Shown here in pieces: positions 40,131 to 49,759 of a stretch of DNA of 64,000 nt (within the stretch, counting starts at the first letter, position 1; each line of letters starts with the position of its first letter). The position numbers and the translations under genes are program-made. Origin of the DNA: Spirochaetia bacterium (lineage in GTDB: Bacteria; Spirochaetota; Spirochaetia; DSM-2461); contig OY764216.1 in the NCBI GenBank assembly GCA_963668315.1, positions 4,256,001-4,320,000 on the forward strand, given 5' to 3'. The notes below the pieces were generated by a model. The model did not search any database. It saw only the letters and a program-made list of their open reading frames with translations, and had not been told where the DNA came from.

Positions 40131-40619
40131 TTAAGGCGGTATTTTATTAGTTGTCACTGCAAAGCTAAGGTAGGTCATGCAGAGAGCTACCGATTTCACA
40201 TCATGATTTATCGAATGTGAGGGGAAGCAGAACCGATTCTGAACGCTGTCTGAAAGGAAAAGGGAGAGATCAAAATTCAGTCCCTGAATAGCAGCTTGTT
40301 TCATCAGTCCCCGATACCAGTATTGCTGCCTTTGACGGCTGAAGGATGTGAACCAGGTATGGGATTCTAACTTATGAGAAAGGCTTCGATAAATTTCTGT
40401 AGCGGTTGATTGAAACCTGGGGAAATATGCAACAGGCCTGGCCGTATGTACCGCTCCGCACTCGGGACAGCGGAATCTTTTGAGGTAGAGTCCTTCCGGA
40501 AATTCGTCGAAATAACGCAGTACATAACCATGCCCCCAGATCCTGAAACTTTGGCAGGAAGGACATCTTCTTGGTTTCCTCCAGACATAATTCTTATGTT
40601 TCTCTTTAAGGACAGCCAA
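40131..40619 (-). CDS. Zinc-ribbon protein (DUF6431-like), transposon accessory
   Basis: CPSC..WGHG...RFRCPECG..H; first gene of the transposon operon. Confidence 0.7.
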   Translation of the reverse strand: MAVLKEKHKNYVWRKPRRCPSCQSFRIWGHGYVLRYFDEFPEGLYLKRFRCPECGAVHTARPVAYFPRFQSTATEIYRSLSHKLESHTWFTSFSRQRQQYWYRGLMKQAAIQGLNFDLSLFLSDSVQNRFCFPSHSINHDVKSVALCMTYLSFAVTTNKIPP

Positions 40620-40652
40620 ATCCGTCCGAAAATAAATTATGATTTATGGGTT

Positions 40653-40694
40653 GGGATAGCCGTTCTTGCAGGAACAATAGGCTATCCCTTTTTT
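40653..40694 (+). terminator. Intrinsic-terminator-like hairpin near the transposon end
   Basis: GGGATAGCC...GGCTATCCC stem followed by TTTTTT. Confidence 0.55.
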
Positions 40695-42727
40695 ATCGAT
40701 AATTTATTTTGTGAAAATGAAGTATAAAAATATTTTATTGTGGAATATTGATAGAATAATCTGATAGATTAATGTTGGATTCTACACCGCATAGATAAAT
40801 TCATTATTGAACTTATGACCTTTGTTAATCCTTCTCGATTATCTGCCTGGAGCTCTTCAATCATTTGATCGAAAACGGTATAGTAATCCTCGTTAGTCAT
40901 GATGCCTTCTTTTGTTTTTGGTCGAACTAATCGAAGACTGATTGGCTAACTTTTTCAAGCCCCCTTTATTTCTAATTTACAGACACTATTGTACACTATC
41001 GAAAAAACAGCTTATGGAAAATGCCAGTTCCCTCTTTGTCCGAAAGAATAAAAAAGACAAAGAACTGGAAGAAATGAAGAAAAAAGAGCAGGAACTTTTC
41101 AAGCAGCTGGGTGAAGCTAATTATGTGAACGAATTTCTAAAAAAAAAGTACAAACAACTATACGGGAAGGATTACAAATGATAGAGCCGGATCATAGGAA
41201 ATTGTCTGTCCGGAAGCAATGTAAAATTCTCAATGTCAGCAGGACGGCTTATTACTATGATCCCAAACCGGAAGATCGGAAAGATATAGAAGAGAAGATT
41301 CGCCTTAAAGAACTTTTCATTCAGATCCCATTCTATGGTTATCGAAAAATGGCTGAGGAATTGAATTCAGAAGGCTATAATACAAGCAGAAAGCGAGTTC
41401 GCCGTCTTATGAGAGAATTAGGCTTACGGGCTATTTCTCCCAGAAAATTTACCTCTATCCCCAATAAGCAGAATCCCATCTATCCTTATCTTTTAAAGGG
41501 AAAAAGAATCCGCTATCCCAATCAGGTTTGGGCCACTGATATCACCTATCTTAAAATGGATAAGGGATTTGCCTACCTTGTAGCCATAATGGACGTCTGG
41601 AGCCGTAAGGTATTAACCTGGAAGATCTCTACTACTTTGGATTCTGAGTTCTGTATCGCCGCCGTAAAGGAAGCTATGGATAAATATGGAACGCCGGCGA
41701 TCTTTAATACGGATCAGGGGTGTCAATTTAGATAGTGTACAATAGTGTCTGTAAATTAGAAATAAAGGGGGCTTGAAAAAGTTAGCCAATCAGTCTTCGA
41801 TTAGTTCGACGAAAAACAAAAGAAGGCATCATGACTAACGAGGATTACTATAGCGTTTTCGATCAAATGATTGAAGACCTCCAGGCAGAGAATAGAGAAG
41901 GATTAACAAAAGTCATAAGTTCAATAATGAATTTATCTATGCGGTTAGAGCAGGAGAAGGCAATTCAAGCCAGTCATTATGAACGGAACGATGATCGTAT
42001 TGGGCATAGGAATGGGTACAAGAGCAGAAAGATCCGGACTCGAGTCGGCGAAATTCCCATCGAGATCCCACAGGTCCGTGGGATGGAATTCTATCCTGGC
42101 AGCATTGAAAAGGGGTGCCGCAGCGAAAGAGCCCTGAAAATGGCCATAGCTCAGATGTACATCCAAGGCGTATCAACTCGCAGAGTGACCAAAATAGTAG
42201 AACAGCTCTGCGGCTTCGAAGTTTCCCAATCGCAGGTTTCAGAAGCGGCAGCTCTCCTTGATGAAGAGATCACCAAATGGCGTAATCGTCCTCTGGGAGC
42301 TTTTCCTTATCTTGTCGTTGACGCCACTTATGAGAAGGCTCGAGTGAATAGAACTGTTGTTTCTGCAGCCGTTCTAATTGCCTATGGTGTTGATAATAAT
42401 GGGATGAGACGAGTATTGGGTATTTCTACAGAACTCAGTGAGGCCGATGTACACTGGAGAGGTTTTCTTTCCGGTCTGGTAGATCGGGGGCTCCATGGCG
42501 TGAAGATGATAACTTCCGATGCTCATAGCGGCCTGAGATCAGCAATAGAATCGGTTTTTCCAACAGTTCCCTGGCAGCGGTGCCAGTTCCATCTGCAACA
42601 GAATGCGGGACATCATGTGCCAAAGAAAAGTATGGATAAAGAGGTCGCGGAGGATATAAGAACCATTTTTAACGCTCCCAATGGAGAGGAGGCTAACCGT
42701 TTTCTTTCTATGGCGGTGAAGAAGTAT

Positions 42728-44076
42728 GGATAGCGTACAATCAAGTTCGCAATTTTAATTATTGAAAGAAGCCATCGAATTCTCCAGAATGGTAATGCAC
42801 AACTAAAACCATGGAGGAAGAAAACGATGGCTAAGGAAAATGATAATGGTAATCTGGAAAAAATGCTACTCCAATTCATTTCGGAACCGGATCCCATTTT
42901 CAGCTTATTGAAATGGCTACTGGAAAAGCTTATGGAAATAGAAGCGGCGAATAAAGTAGGAGCTCAAAAGGGGTCTCATTCTACGGGAAGATCCACCCAT
43001 TTTTCTGGATATCGACCACGCCGATTTGATACTCGTCTTGGAACACTGTATCTCCTTGTCCCCAAGCTCAGAAAAGGCGGATATATTCCCTTCTTTGTAA
43101 CAGAAAAGAAGAGATCCGAGCAAGCTCTGATTCAGGTTGTCCAGGAAGCATTTATCAACGGTGTTTCAACCAGAAAGATTGAGAAATTGGCTATGAGTCT
43201 GGGCATTGAAAATATTTCAGCCAGCCAGGTCTCTGAAATCAATAAGGGACTTGATGAACAGGTAGATGAATTCCGCTATCGATCTCTTGATTCAGAATAT
43301 CCTGTCATCTGGGTTGATGCCCTCTATGAAAAGATCCGGTATAACGGAAGAGTGAGAAATATGGCTGTGATGGTTGTATCTGGTGTTAATTCACAAGGAT
43401 TCAAAGAAATCCTTGCTGTTGAACCAATGCAGGAAGAATCAGAAAGCACTTATACCGAACTGTTCAGGTCTCTTAAAGCAAGAGGATTTAAAAATGCCTG
43501 GCTCTGTGTCTCTGATGCCCATCTGGGACTTCAAGCCGCCATAAGAAAGGAACTCATCGGTTGCTCCTGGCAACGCTGTAAAATCCATTTTATGAGGAAC
43601 ATCCTGTCCCATCTTCCTGCCAGGGATAAAGAAGCTGTTGCCGGCAGAATTAAGCAGATTTGGAATCAACCGAACTCCCAATCGGCCCGTGAATATGCAT
43701 ACCGAATTATAGAGGAATTTGAAGAACAATTTCCGAAGTCCATGACTTGTCTTGAAGACGGATTAGAAGACTCTCTTCAGTATTATGAATTCTCAGAAAT
43801 AGACAGCCGGAAAACTGCTTCTACCAATCAACTGGAACGATTGAATCGGGAAATCCGTAGACGATCTCGTGTTGTGGGAATCTTTCCCAGTATTGACTCC
43901 TACCTTAGACTAGTCTGTTGTTACCTGATTGAATACTCAGAAGACTGGGCTTCGGGAAAACGGTATATCAGTGAGAAATCGATTGATGAACAAAGAATTA
44001 AATTAGGTCAGGCTGCCTAATGGGGAATTTTGATGGCTTCTTGAAAGGAAAGTTGCGAACATGGCTGGACACTATC
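42728..44076 (+). mobile_element. IS256 type b, copy 2 (1349 bp)
   Basis: Same ends and protein as 35553-36901; no TSD; host sequence deleted at the junction. Confidence 0.92.
42827..44020 (+). CDS. IS256 transposase (type b)
   Basis: Translation identical to 35652-36845. Confidence 0.95.
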   Translation: MAKENDNGNLEKMLLQFISEPDPIFSLLKWLLEKLMEIEAANKVGAQKGSHSTGRSTHFSGYRPRRFDTRLGTLYLLVPKLRKGGYIPFFVTEKKRSEQALIQVVQEAFINGVSTRKIEKLAMSLGIENISASQVSEINKGLDEQVDEFRYRSLDSEYPVIWVDALYEKIRYNGRVRNMAVMVVSGVNSQGFKEILAVEPMQEESESTYTELFRSLKARGFKNAWLCVSDAHLGLQAAIRKELIGCSWQRCKIHFMRNILSHLPARDKEAVAGRIKQIWNQPNSQSAREYAYRIIEEFEEQFPKSMTCLEDGLEDSLQYYEFSEIDSRKTASTNQLERLNREIRRRSRVVGIFPSIDSYLRLVCCYLIEYSEDWASGKRYISEKSIDEQRIKLGQAA

Positions 44077-44534
44077 GGTTTCCGCTCTGTTAATGGAAAT
44101 AGATGAACAATGGTTCACAGGTAAGCGGTATTTAAATATGGAGACTGATTAACTTTTTTGATTTTACAGACAAAGGGGTTGCTCTATCTCAATTTACTTC
44201 ATATGCTTTTTTGAAACCGCTCCAGGAAGCGGGAGTCAGAATCAGTATGGATGGTCAGGGAAGCTGGCGTGACAACATCTATGTGGAACGTCTTTGGCGT
44301 AGTTTAAAATACGAGGATATCTATCTCCGATCCTATGAGAATGTCCGGGAGTTGAAGAAAGGGATACAGAAATACTTTCGCTTCTACAACGGGAAAAGAT
44401 TTCATCAGGGGCTTGGTTATTTAACTCCTGATGATGTTTATGAGTCCTTATAGATTGGGAAGGATCAGGCAGCTTGATATCGGAGGATTCCACTTATTAA
44501 TTTTGAAAAAGTGGTTTGACACGAGGGCTCATCA

Positions 44535-44688
44535 TAATTCAAAAAAGTGGGATAGGATTATTTCATCCTGGGAAAGAAGCGTTTTAAGTCAAAAGGGATT
44601 TTGCAATCAAAATAATCTGCCCTTATCCACTTTTCATTATTGGAGGCGAAAGCTTGATAAAGAAGCCTATAGAAAACATCTTCTATGA
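44535..44688 (+). pseudogene. IS66 TnpA accessory-gene remnant
   Basis: KKWDRIISSWERSVLSQKGFCNQNNLPLSTFHYWRRKL fits the W..I..W..S.LS...FC......F.YWRRKL pattern. Confidence 0.65.
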
Positions 44689-45882
44689 TTGTAAAATGGT
44701 TTCAGCAAACCGTTTAATGTCTTTCTTTGCGTTGAGAGCCCAACTATCAGCACGCGAAATAAAATTCATAAAACATTCTACATTAATTTTAAAACTTTCA
44801 TTATCATTTTTCTCAGTTTCCTCGCATACGAACATTGCAGAAGGGATCCCTAAATTTAAACAAGAATCGGTTATATTTCTTGCAACTCGACAAGGAGGCT
44901 GAAGTACTATCATCAAACTATCATTATTAAGAGTATACATTGCCGGACGTAAATGACTACCTTCTACTCCGATGACTATTGATGCTCCTATCAGTTGATA
45001 AATGAGGTTCCCTGTTACAACAGAATTAATATCCACACAAGAAAAACCTTCTTTAGATAATTGATGAATCAAATCTTCTTCATTTTGGAGAGTTCTTCGT
45101 TGTCCATCGTTACCACGTTTTATATATATTTTGTTTTTTTTAACATTATTTTTTTGATATAATAATTTTCGAATTTCATTATGTTCCTTTATACATGCAA
45201 TACTTGTATTTTGACCATCACACATAATCAAATGATTACATAAAAAAGATTCTGATTCATCAATATGTGGTAGATCAACTAGATTTCTCCAACTATCCTC
45301 ATCCCTATACTTTTCCCTTGGTAAATATCCAATGAATGGCCCTCGATTTCTTAGAAGTAGCTGCAAAGGATATTCTTGAGAAAGCCAATGTCCCCAATAC
45401 CTAGATGAATAATATGTGTTAGCCATAATGGCAAGATTATATTTTTTTATTTTACCAGGAATAGAAAGAGGAAGTTTATCTTTCCAATTAAAACTATAAC
45501 TAATTTTTCCAGTAAACATCCACGATTTATTAATAAATACATTTCGAAAATGAAGGACTTTACACTCAGGAAAAACACGGAGTTCCTCACGAAATGATTC
45601 TAAAATTGAGTTAAAAGAACGATCACCCCACTCATCACTAACATTATCTGGAATATTTCTTAAATTCTCTTCTTCCATATATGGATGAAGAGCGGGAATA
45701 GAAACTGAGCTTGAGATTACTTCAACCTTGTCAGCATTATATTCAAGTTTAGATTTATTTTTATTTGAAACAACCTTACCAAACACAAAAATACTATAGT
45801 ATTTCACCATGGTAATAATACTCGATATTTTCATTATGCACTCCATATAACAAATATCAATTAGCTTACACGAGTTGTTCAA
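44683..45882 (-). CDS. GT61/DUF563-family protein
   Basis: YWGHWL, KIYIKR...RRTLQNEE and IVIGVEGSHL motifs. The true start may be downstream. Confidence 0.75.
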   Translation of the reverse strand: MNNSCKLIDICYMECIMKISSIITMVKYYSIFVFGKVVSNKNKSKLEYNADKVEVISSSVSIPALHPYMEEENLRNIPDNVSDEWGDRSFNSILESFREELRVFPECKVLHFRNVFINKSWMFTGKISYSFNWKDKLPLSIPGKIKKYNLAIMANTYYSSRYWGHWLSQEYPLQLLLRNRGPFIGYLPREKYRDEDSWRNLVDLPHIDESESFLCNHLIMCDGQNTSIACIKEHNEIRKLLYQKNNVKKNKIYIKRGNDGQRRTLQNEEDLIHQLSKEGFSCVDINSVVTGNLIYQLIGASIVIGVEGSHLRPAMYTLNNDSLMIVLQPPCRVARNITDSCLNLGIPSAMFVCEETEKNDNESFKINVECFMNFISRADSWALNAKKDIKRFAETILQS

Positions 45883-46400
45883 TCATTTTTTATAATTCTA
45901 GCAGGCATACCAATAGCCGTACAATTACAAGGGATATCAGAAAGAACAACCGCATTGGCTCCAATTTTCACATTATTCCCGATGTTAAGGAAATCCTGAT
46001 CGCACGCTTTATCTGTTACATCTCGATCTATATGTTTACTAATAATTTTTGCACCAGCTCCTATATCAACATGAGAACCAATTCTTACACACCCACCTAC
46101 AGTTACCTGTTGCAATATTAAACAGTTTGTACCAATTTCGGCTAAAGAATATATAACTATTCCATTGGGATGAGGAATGAGTAACCCCCCCCCGATCTTA
46201 CACTGAAGAGGAATATCTGCTCCAGATACAACAGACCAAAATCGATACCTTAAAACACATATTTTTTTAATGAAAAAAAACAAAGGATTTTTACTATTGA
46301 GTTTCTGATAATCACGAATTGATTTCAGTAATCTTTGCCCGGGATCCCAAAATCGCTTCGGTTTTTCGCGATCCCAATCAGGTTTCTCATCCATTACCAT
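45879..46400 (-). CDS. Hexapeptide-repeat O-acetyltransferase (WcaB/CysE-like)
   Basis: IPHPNGIVI, IGAGAKI and IGANAVVL..IP....G.PAR. Confidence 0.85.
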   Translation of the reverse strand: MVMDEKPDWDREKPKRFWDPGQRLLKSIRDYQKLNSKNPLFFFIKKICVLRYRFWSVVSGADIPLQCKIGGGLLIPHPNGIVIYSLAEIGTNCLILQQVTVGGCVRIGSHVDIGAGAKIISKHIDRDVTDKACDQDFLNIGNNVKIGANAVVLSDIPCNCTAIGMPARIIKND

Positions 46401-46515
46401 TTATACAACTCCAATATATAAGCCATAAGTGACCAAGTTTTAATTACAAATTAATCCATAGCGAGAGTATCGATAGATTCATATCGTTTTCATACATTCT
46501 TGATTTTTTTGAAAA

Positions 46516-48456
46516 TCAGAGAGATACCCCATATGTTTTCCCCCACCAAAGAAGGACGTAAATAGACCAGACACGGGACCAATATAAACCGGGCATATCA
46601 TTCTGAAAGGCAAGCCATATATTATAAATTTGTTTCTGATCCAGTCCCATAGAAGCGCATAATGCTTTATCCTGAAATAATGAATCTATCTCCCCTCTAA
46701 GGTTTTTATGGCACCAGTTACCAATAGGAAATTCGAAACCTTTCTTCTGTCTGTTAAAGAAGTTTTCTTCCACTCCTTCCAAGGCAATCTTCTTCAAAAG
46801 CCGTTTTCTGCGGATAGGAAGGTAACGAGCCATTGGCTCATATCTCGCCATAATTTCGATAAGTTCATGGTCAATCAGTGGTACCCTTACTTCCAGAGCA
46901 GAAGCCATACTTGTCATATCCGTATCGATAATCAATCGCTCGCCCACAAAATTCAATAGCTCCAACTGACTTATTCCATGTAATGTATGTCTGGTTGAGA
47001 CAAGCTCATCCATCAACTTATAGTATGAAGAACTCCAACCGAATTTAACACTAGAAACTCTGTTTTCCGGTAATAATAACTTATCAATAAAATCCTGCCG
47101 GAATAGGCCATAAGTTATTTGGTACAATTTCAGGAGATCACCCTGCGCAGCGAGAATATCCCCGACTTTGGCCCAACGGGCTTGATGGGGAATATAAACA
47201 GGTCTCCCATACTTGATTTGTCCAAGAATTTTCCCTAGAGGTTTTACAAAAGACTGGGGACAGTATCGAAATAACTGACTAGCCTTTTTAATCATGGGAA
47301 TAGTTTTAAAACTTTCATATCCGCCGAAGAGTTCATCCCCCCCCATCCCGGAAAGAGCCACGGTTATCCCCGCATCCTTGATGGCCTTGCTTAGATAATA
47401 GGTGTTAAGACCATCAAAAGTAGGAGTATCCAGACTATGCAGAGCATCGGGCAGTCCCCCAATAAAATCACTCTCCGATAATAAGATTTCATGATGCTCG
47501 GTATTATAGATCTGTGATATTCTCCGAGCATAATAGGATTCGTCAAATCCGTCTTCTGAAAATGAGATATTAAAAGTCTTTAATTTATTGGAAAATTGTG
47601 ACGCGATGGCGACAATTGCACTGGAGTCAACACCTCCAGATAGAAAAACCCCTAGTGGCACATCGCTGATCATTCTGAGGCGCACCGAATCAATTAATGT
47701 TTCTTTCAATAGATTCAGATCTTTGAGAGTATCAGTCCTCTTGGTGGGAAGCTCAGGTATTTGCCAGTATCTCTGTTCCTTAATCTGAAAGTTATCTAAA
47801 GAAATAACTAGATATGAAGATGAATTCAGCTTCTTGATATCTTTGATAATTGTATCTGTTCCGGCGACATACCCATTCCACAGATAAGTTTCAAGACTGA
47901 CAGGATTCAATTTCCTCTCTATCATTGAGGATTCCAGAAGGGCTCTAATTTCTGAAGCAAATAGAAAAACAGGTTTTCCTCTATAGTTCTGTATAGAATA
48001 ATAAAGCGGCTTAATCCCCATTCTGTCCCGGACGACCAAAACAATATTCTTCCTGGAATCATATAGAGAAAAAGCGAACATCCCCCTTAAATACTGTAAA
48101 CACTCTACTCCCCACTCAATATAGGATTTTAACAGAACCTCTGTGTCAGATTTGGTTCTAAAAAGATGACCTGCTTTCTCAAGCTGACTTTTCAGTTCCA
48201 GATAGTTATATATTTCCCCGTTGAAAACAAGTGAAAGCCCTCTGTCCTTATCAAGAAAAGGTTGATTACCATCATTAGACAAATCTATAATGGATAATCT
48301 TCTATGAGCTAATACAACTCCGCCAGGTGTATCCAGACGATCGGAATATATTCCCTCGGCATTAGGCCCGCGGTGAACAAGAGAATTATTAATTTTTTTC
48401 ACCGCATTCAGAATCGTTGTATCAACGGATCCAATAGCGCCTGCTATTCCACACAT
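46516..48456 (-). CDS. asnB: Asparagine synthase-family amidotransferase (polysaccharide amidation type)
   Basis: MCGIAG, HRRLSIID, FNGEIYN, LSGGVDS and SGMGGDELFGGY. Confidence 0.9.
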   Translation of the reverse strand: MCGIAGAIGSVDTTILNAVKKINNSLVHRGPNAEGIYSDRLDTPGGVVLAHRRLSIIDLSNDGNQPFLDKDRGLSLVFNGEIYNYLELKSQLEKAGHLFRTKSDTEVLLKSYIEWGVECLQYLRGMFAFSLYDSRKNIVLVVRDRMGIKPLYYSIQNYRGKPVFLFASEIRALLESSMIERKLNPVSLETYLWNGYVAGTDTIIKDIKKLNSSSYLVISLDNFQIKEQRYWQIPELPTKRTDTLKDLNLLKETLIDSVRLRMISDVPLGVFLSGGVDSSAIVAIASQFSNKLKTFNISFSEDGFDESYYARRISQIYNTEHHEILLSESDFIGGLPDALHSLDTPTFDGLNTYYLSKAIKDAGITVALSGMGGDELFGGYESFKTIPMIKKASQLFRYCPQSFVKPLGKILGQIKYGRPVYIPHQARWAKVGDILAAQGDLLKLYQITYGLFRQDFIDKLLLPENRVSSVKFGWSSSYYKLMDELVSTRHTLHGISQLELLNFVGERLIIDTDMTSMASALEVRVPLIDHELIEIMARYEPMARYLPIRRKRLLKKIALEGVEENFFNRQKKGFEFPIGNWCHKNLRGEIDSLFQDKALCASMGLDQKQIYNIWLAFQNDMPGLYWSRVWSIYVLLWWGKTYGVSL

Positions 48457-48485
48457 ATTCTGCTATGTTTATCCTTATACTATGG

Positions 48486-49682
48486 CTATGGGAGAATATT
48501 CTCAATAAGATCTAAAAGTTTACGGGATTCAATTAAAGGGTTATGCTGTTCTTTGACACGAGCGTAACCAACATCTCCCATTTTTCTTAGCTCATCATGG
48601 GATTTTCCTAAGATTTCTTTTATACCCTTTTTTATATATTCGACAGAACCGGCGGGAATAAGGATTCCACAAGCGGAATCTACTAACTCCGGTATCCCTG
48701 CGACATAGGTACTGACGACAGGACGATGCAGTGCCAGTGCTTCCATGATAACAACAGGCAGTCCTTCGGCAAAACTCGGAAGAACAAGAGCCCGGCTGGA
48801 CTGCAACTCATCCTTAACCTGCTCACTGCTTAACCATCCCGTAATTTTAACATTATCCCTTAATCCCATGGAATCTATATAAGACTCTATAATATCCCTT
48901 AAATCTCCATCACCAGCCAGAATCAATCGGACATCTACCCCTTCTTCTTTTAGCTGCTTTACCGCTTCCATTATAAGAACCTGTCCTTTCTGGGGAGCCA
49001 GACGGCCGACACATACTAATTTATTATCTTCGAAGGGCAGATCTTCCTGCTGAAGATAGGTCCCTTCCACGGCACAATGAATAATATGAATCTTGTTCCA
49101 TTGATCCGGGTGACACCAGCGCATCAATTGACTTCGACCATAGGAACTGATGGCACATACAAAACGGGAATTATTGATTTTCTCTTCCATAGACAGATAA
49201 CGGGGACTGTCGAATTCCTCCGGTCCATGTACGGTAAAGCTGTATCCGGGACCACCAAGCAACTTGCCCAGCATAACCACGGTCGTCGTATTCGTACCAA
49301 AATGAGCATGTACATGGTCAATACCTTTATTGTTACAGATCTCTTTAAAAACGCAGGCTTCAACGAAATAAAGGATATGTTTTATAACTCCCCGTTCATT
49401 CAACCTTCCCAATTTAAGGGAGTGGGCAAAGACTCTGATGAAACGAAAGGGATTAGTAAAAAAAACTTTGATGAAAGCCCAAAGAATTTTAACAATACTA
49501 AAGTCCAGAATACAGATAGTCTGCTCCTGCTCTCTTTTATCCTTTTCATCTACTATATCATCTATTTTTCTGATAGTGACGCGGGTAATATTAACACCGT
49601 GACTTTCCAATCCCAGAATTTCTCTTCGTATAAAGCTATGACTCACCTTAGGATACTGATTGATAAGATAAGCGATTTTCAT
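48486..49682 (-). CDS. GT4 glycosyltransferase (WcaL-like)
   Basis: YPKVSHSFIRRE, HVHAHF, GRL..QKG and EGLPVVIMEA. Confidence 0.92.
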   Translation of the reverse strand: MKIAYLINQYPKVSHSFIRREILGLESHGVNITRVTIRKIDDIVDEKDKREQEQTICILDFSIVKILWAFIKVFFTNPFRFIRVFAHSLKLGRLNERGVIKHILYFVEACVFKEICNNKGIDHVHAHFGTNTTTVVMLGKLLGGPGYSFTVHGPEEFDSPRYLSMEEKINNSRFVCAISSYGRSQLMRWCHPDQWNKIHIIHCAVEGTYLQQEDLPFEDNKLVCVGRLAPQKGQVLIMEAVKQLKEEGVDVRLILAGDGDLRDIIESYIDSMGLRDNVKITGWLSSEQVKDELQSSRALVLPSFAEGLPVVIMEALALHRPVVSTYVAGIPELVDSACGILIPAGSVEYIKKGIKEILGKSHDELRKMGDVGYARVKEQHNPLIESRKLLDLIENILP

Positions 49683-49759
49683 TTACTCTGTCCTTGATTC
49701 CTTGTAGCTTGAAGTTATTATCCAACAATTTACCACATTCTTCATATAAAAAACATTTT

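Larger units (their letters stand above)
37605..40786 (-). mobile_element. Four-gene DDE/AAA transposon with TG..CA ends (3182 bp)
   Basis: IR TGTTGAATCACACATT / TGTAGAATCCAACATT; 5-bp TSD ccgca (37600-37604 / 40787-40791). Removing it restores the IS256 reading frame. Confidence 0.88.
35156..41000 (-). mobile_element. IS256 type a, diverged isoform, interrupted twice
   Basis: Perfect 8-bp TSD gaaaaaac (35148-35155 / 41001-41008). Transposase pieces at about 40787-40900, 36902-37604 and 35193-35552. Confidence 0.9.
35026..41181 (+). pseudogene. IS3-B orfA, interrupted
   Basis: [23 protein letters not shown]...MWKK | QLMENASS...FLKKKYKQLYGKDYK. Confidence 0.85.
41731..44188 (+). mobile_element. 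IS256 type a, copy 3, disrupted by a type b copy
   Basis: Perfect 8-bp TSD tcaattta. The first ~1 kb appears identical to copy 1; transposase truncated (41831-42733). Confidence 0.92.
41178..44453 (+). pseudogene. IS3-B orfB, interrupted by IS256
   Basis: WATDITY...NTDQGCQF | TSYAFLKPL...DNIYVERLW. Confidence 0.88.
34942..44534 (+). mobile_element. IS3-family element B, expanded to about 9.6 kb by nested insertions
   Basis: IRL TGCTGAGCCCACAGGGTAAACCA / IRR (reverse complement) TGATGAGCCCTCGTGTCAAACCA. orfA 35026-35155 + 41009-41181; A9G tract 41139-41148; orfB 41178-41730 + 44197-44453. Confidence 0.88.

Noticed and set aside
40942..41181. 79-aa ORF as a standalone gene
   Set aside because: Chimera of IS256 end sequence and the 3' half of IS3-B orfA.
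29995..44188. Composite transposon bounded by IS256a copies 1 and 3
   Set aside because: Each copy has its own separate target duplication, so they are independent insertions.
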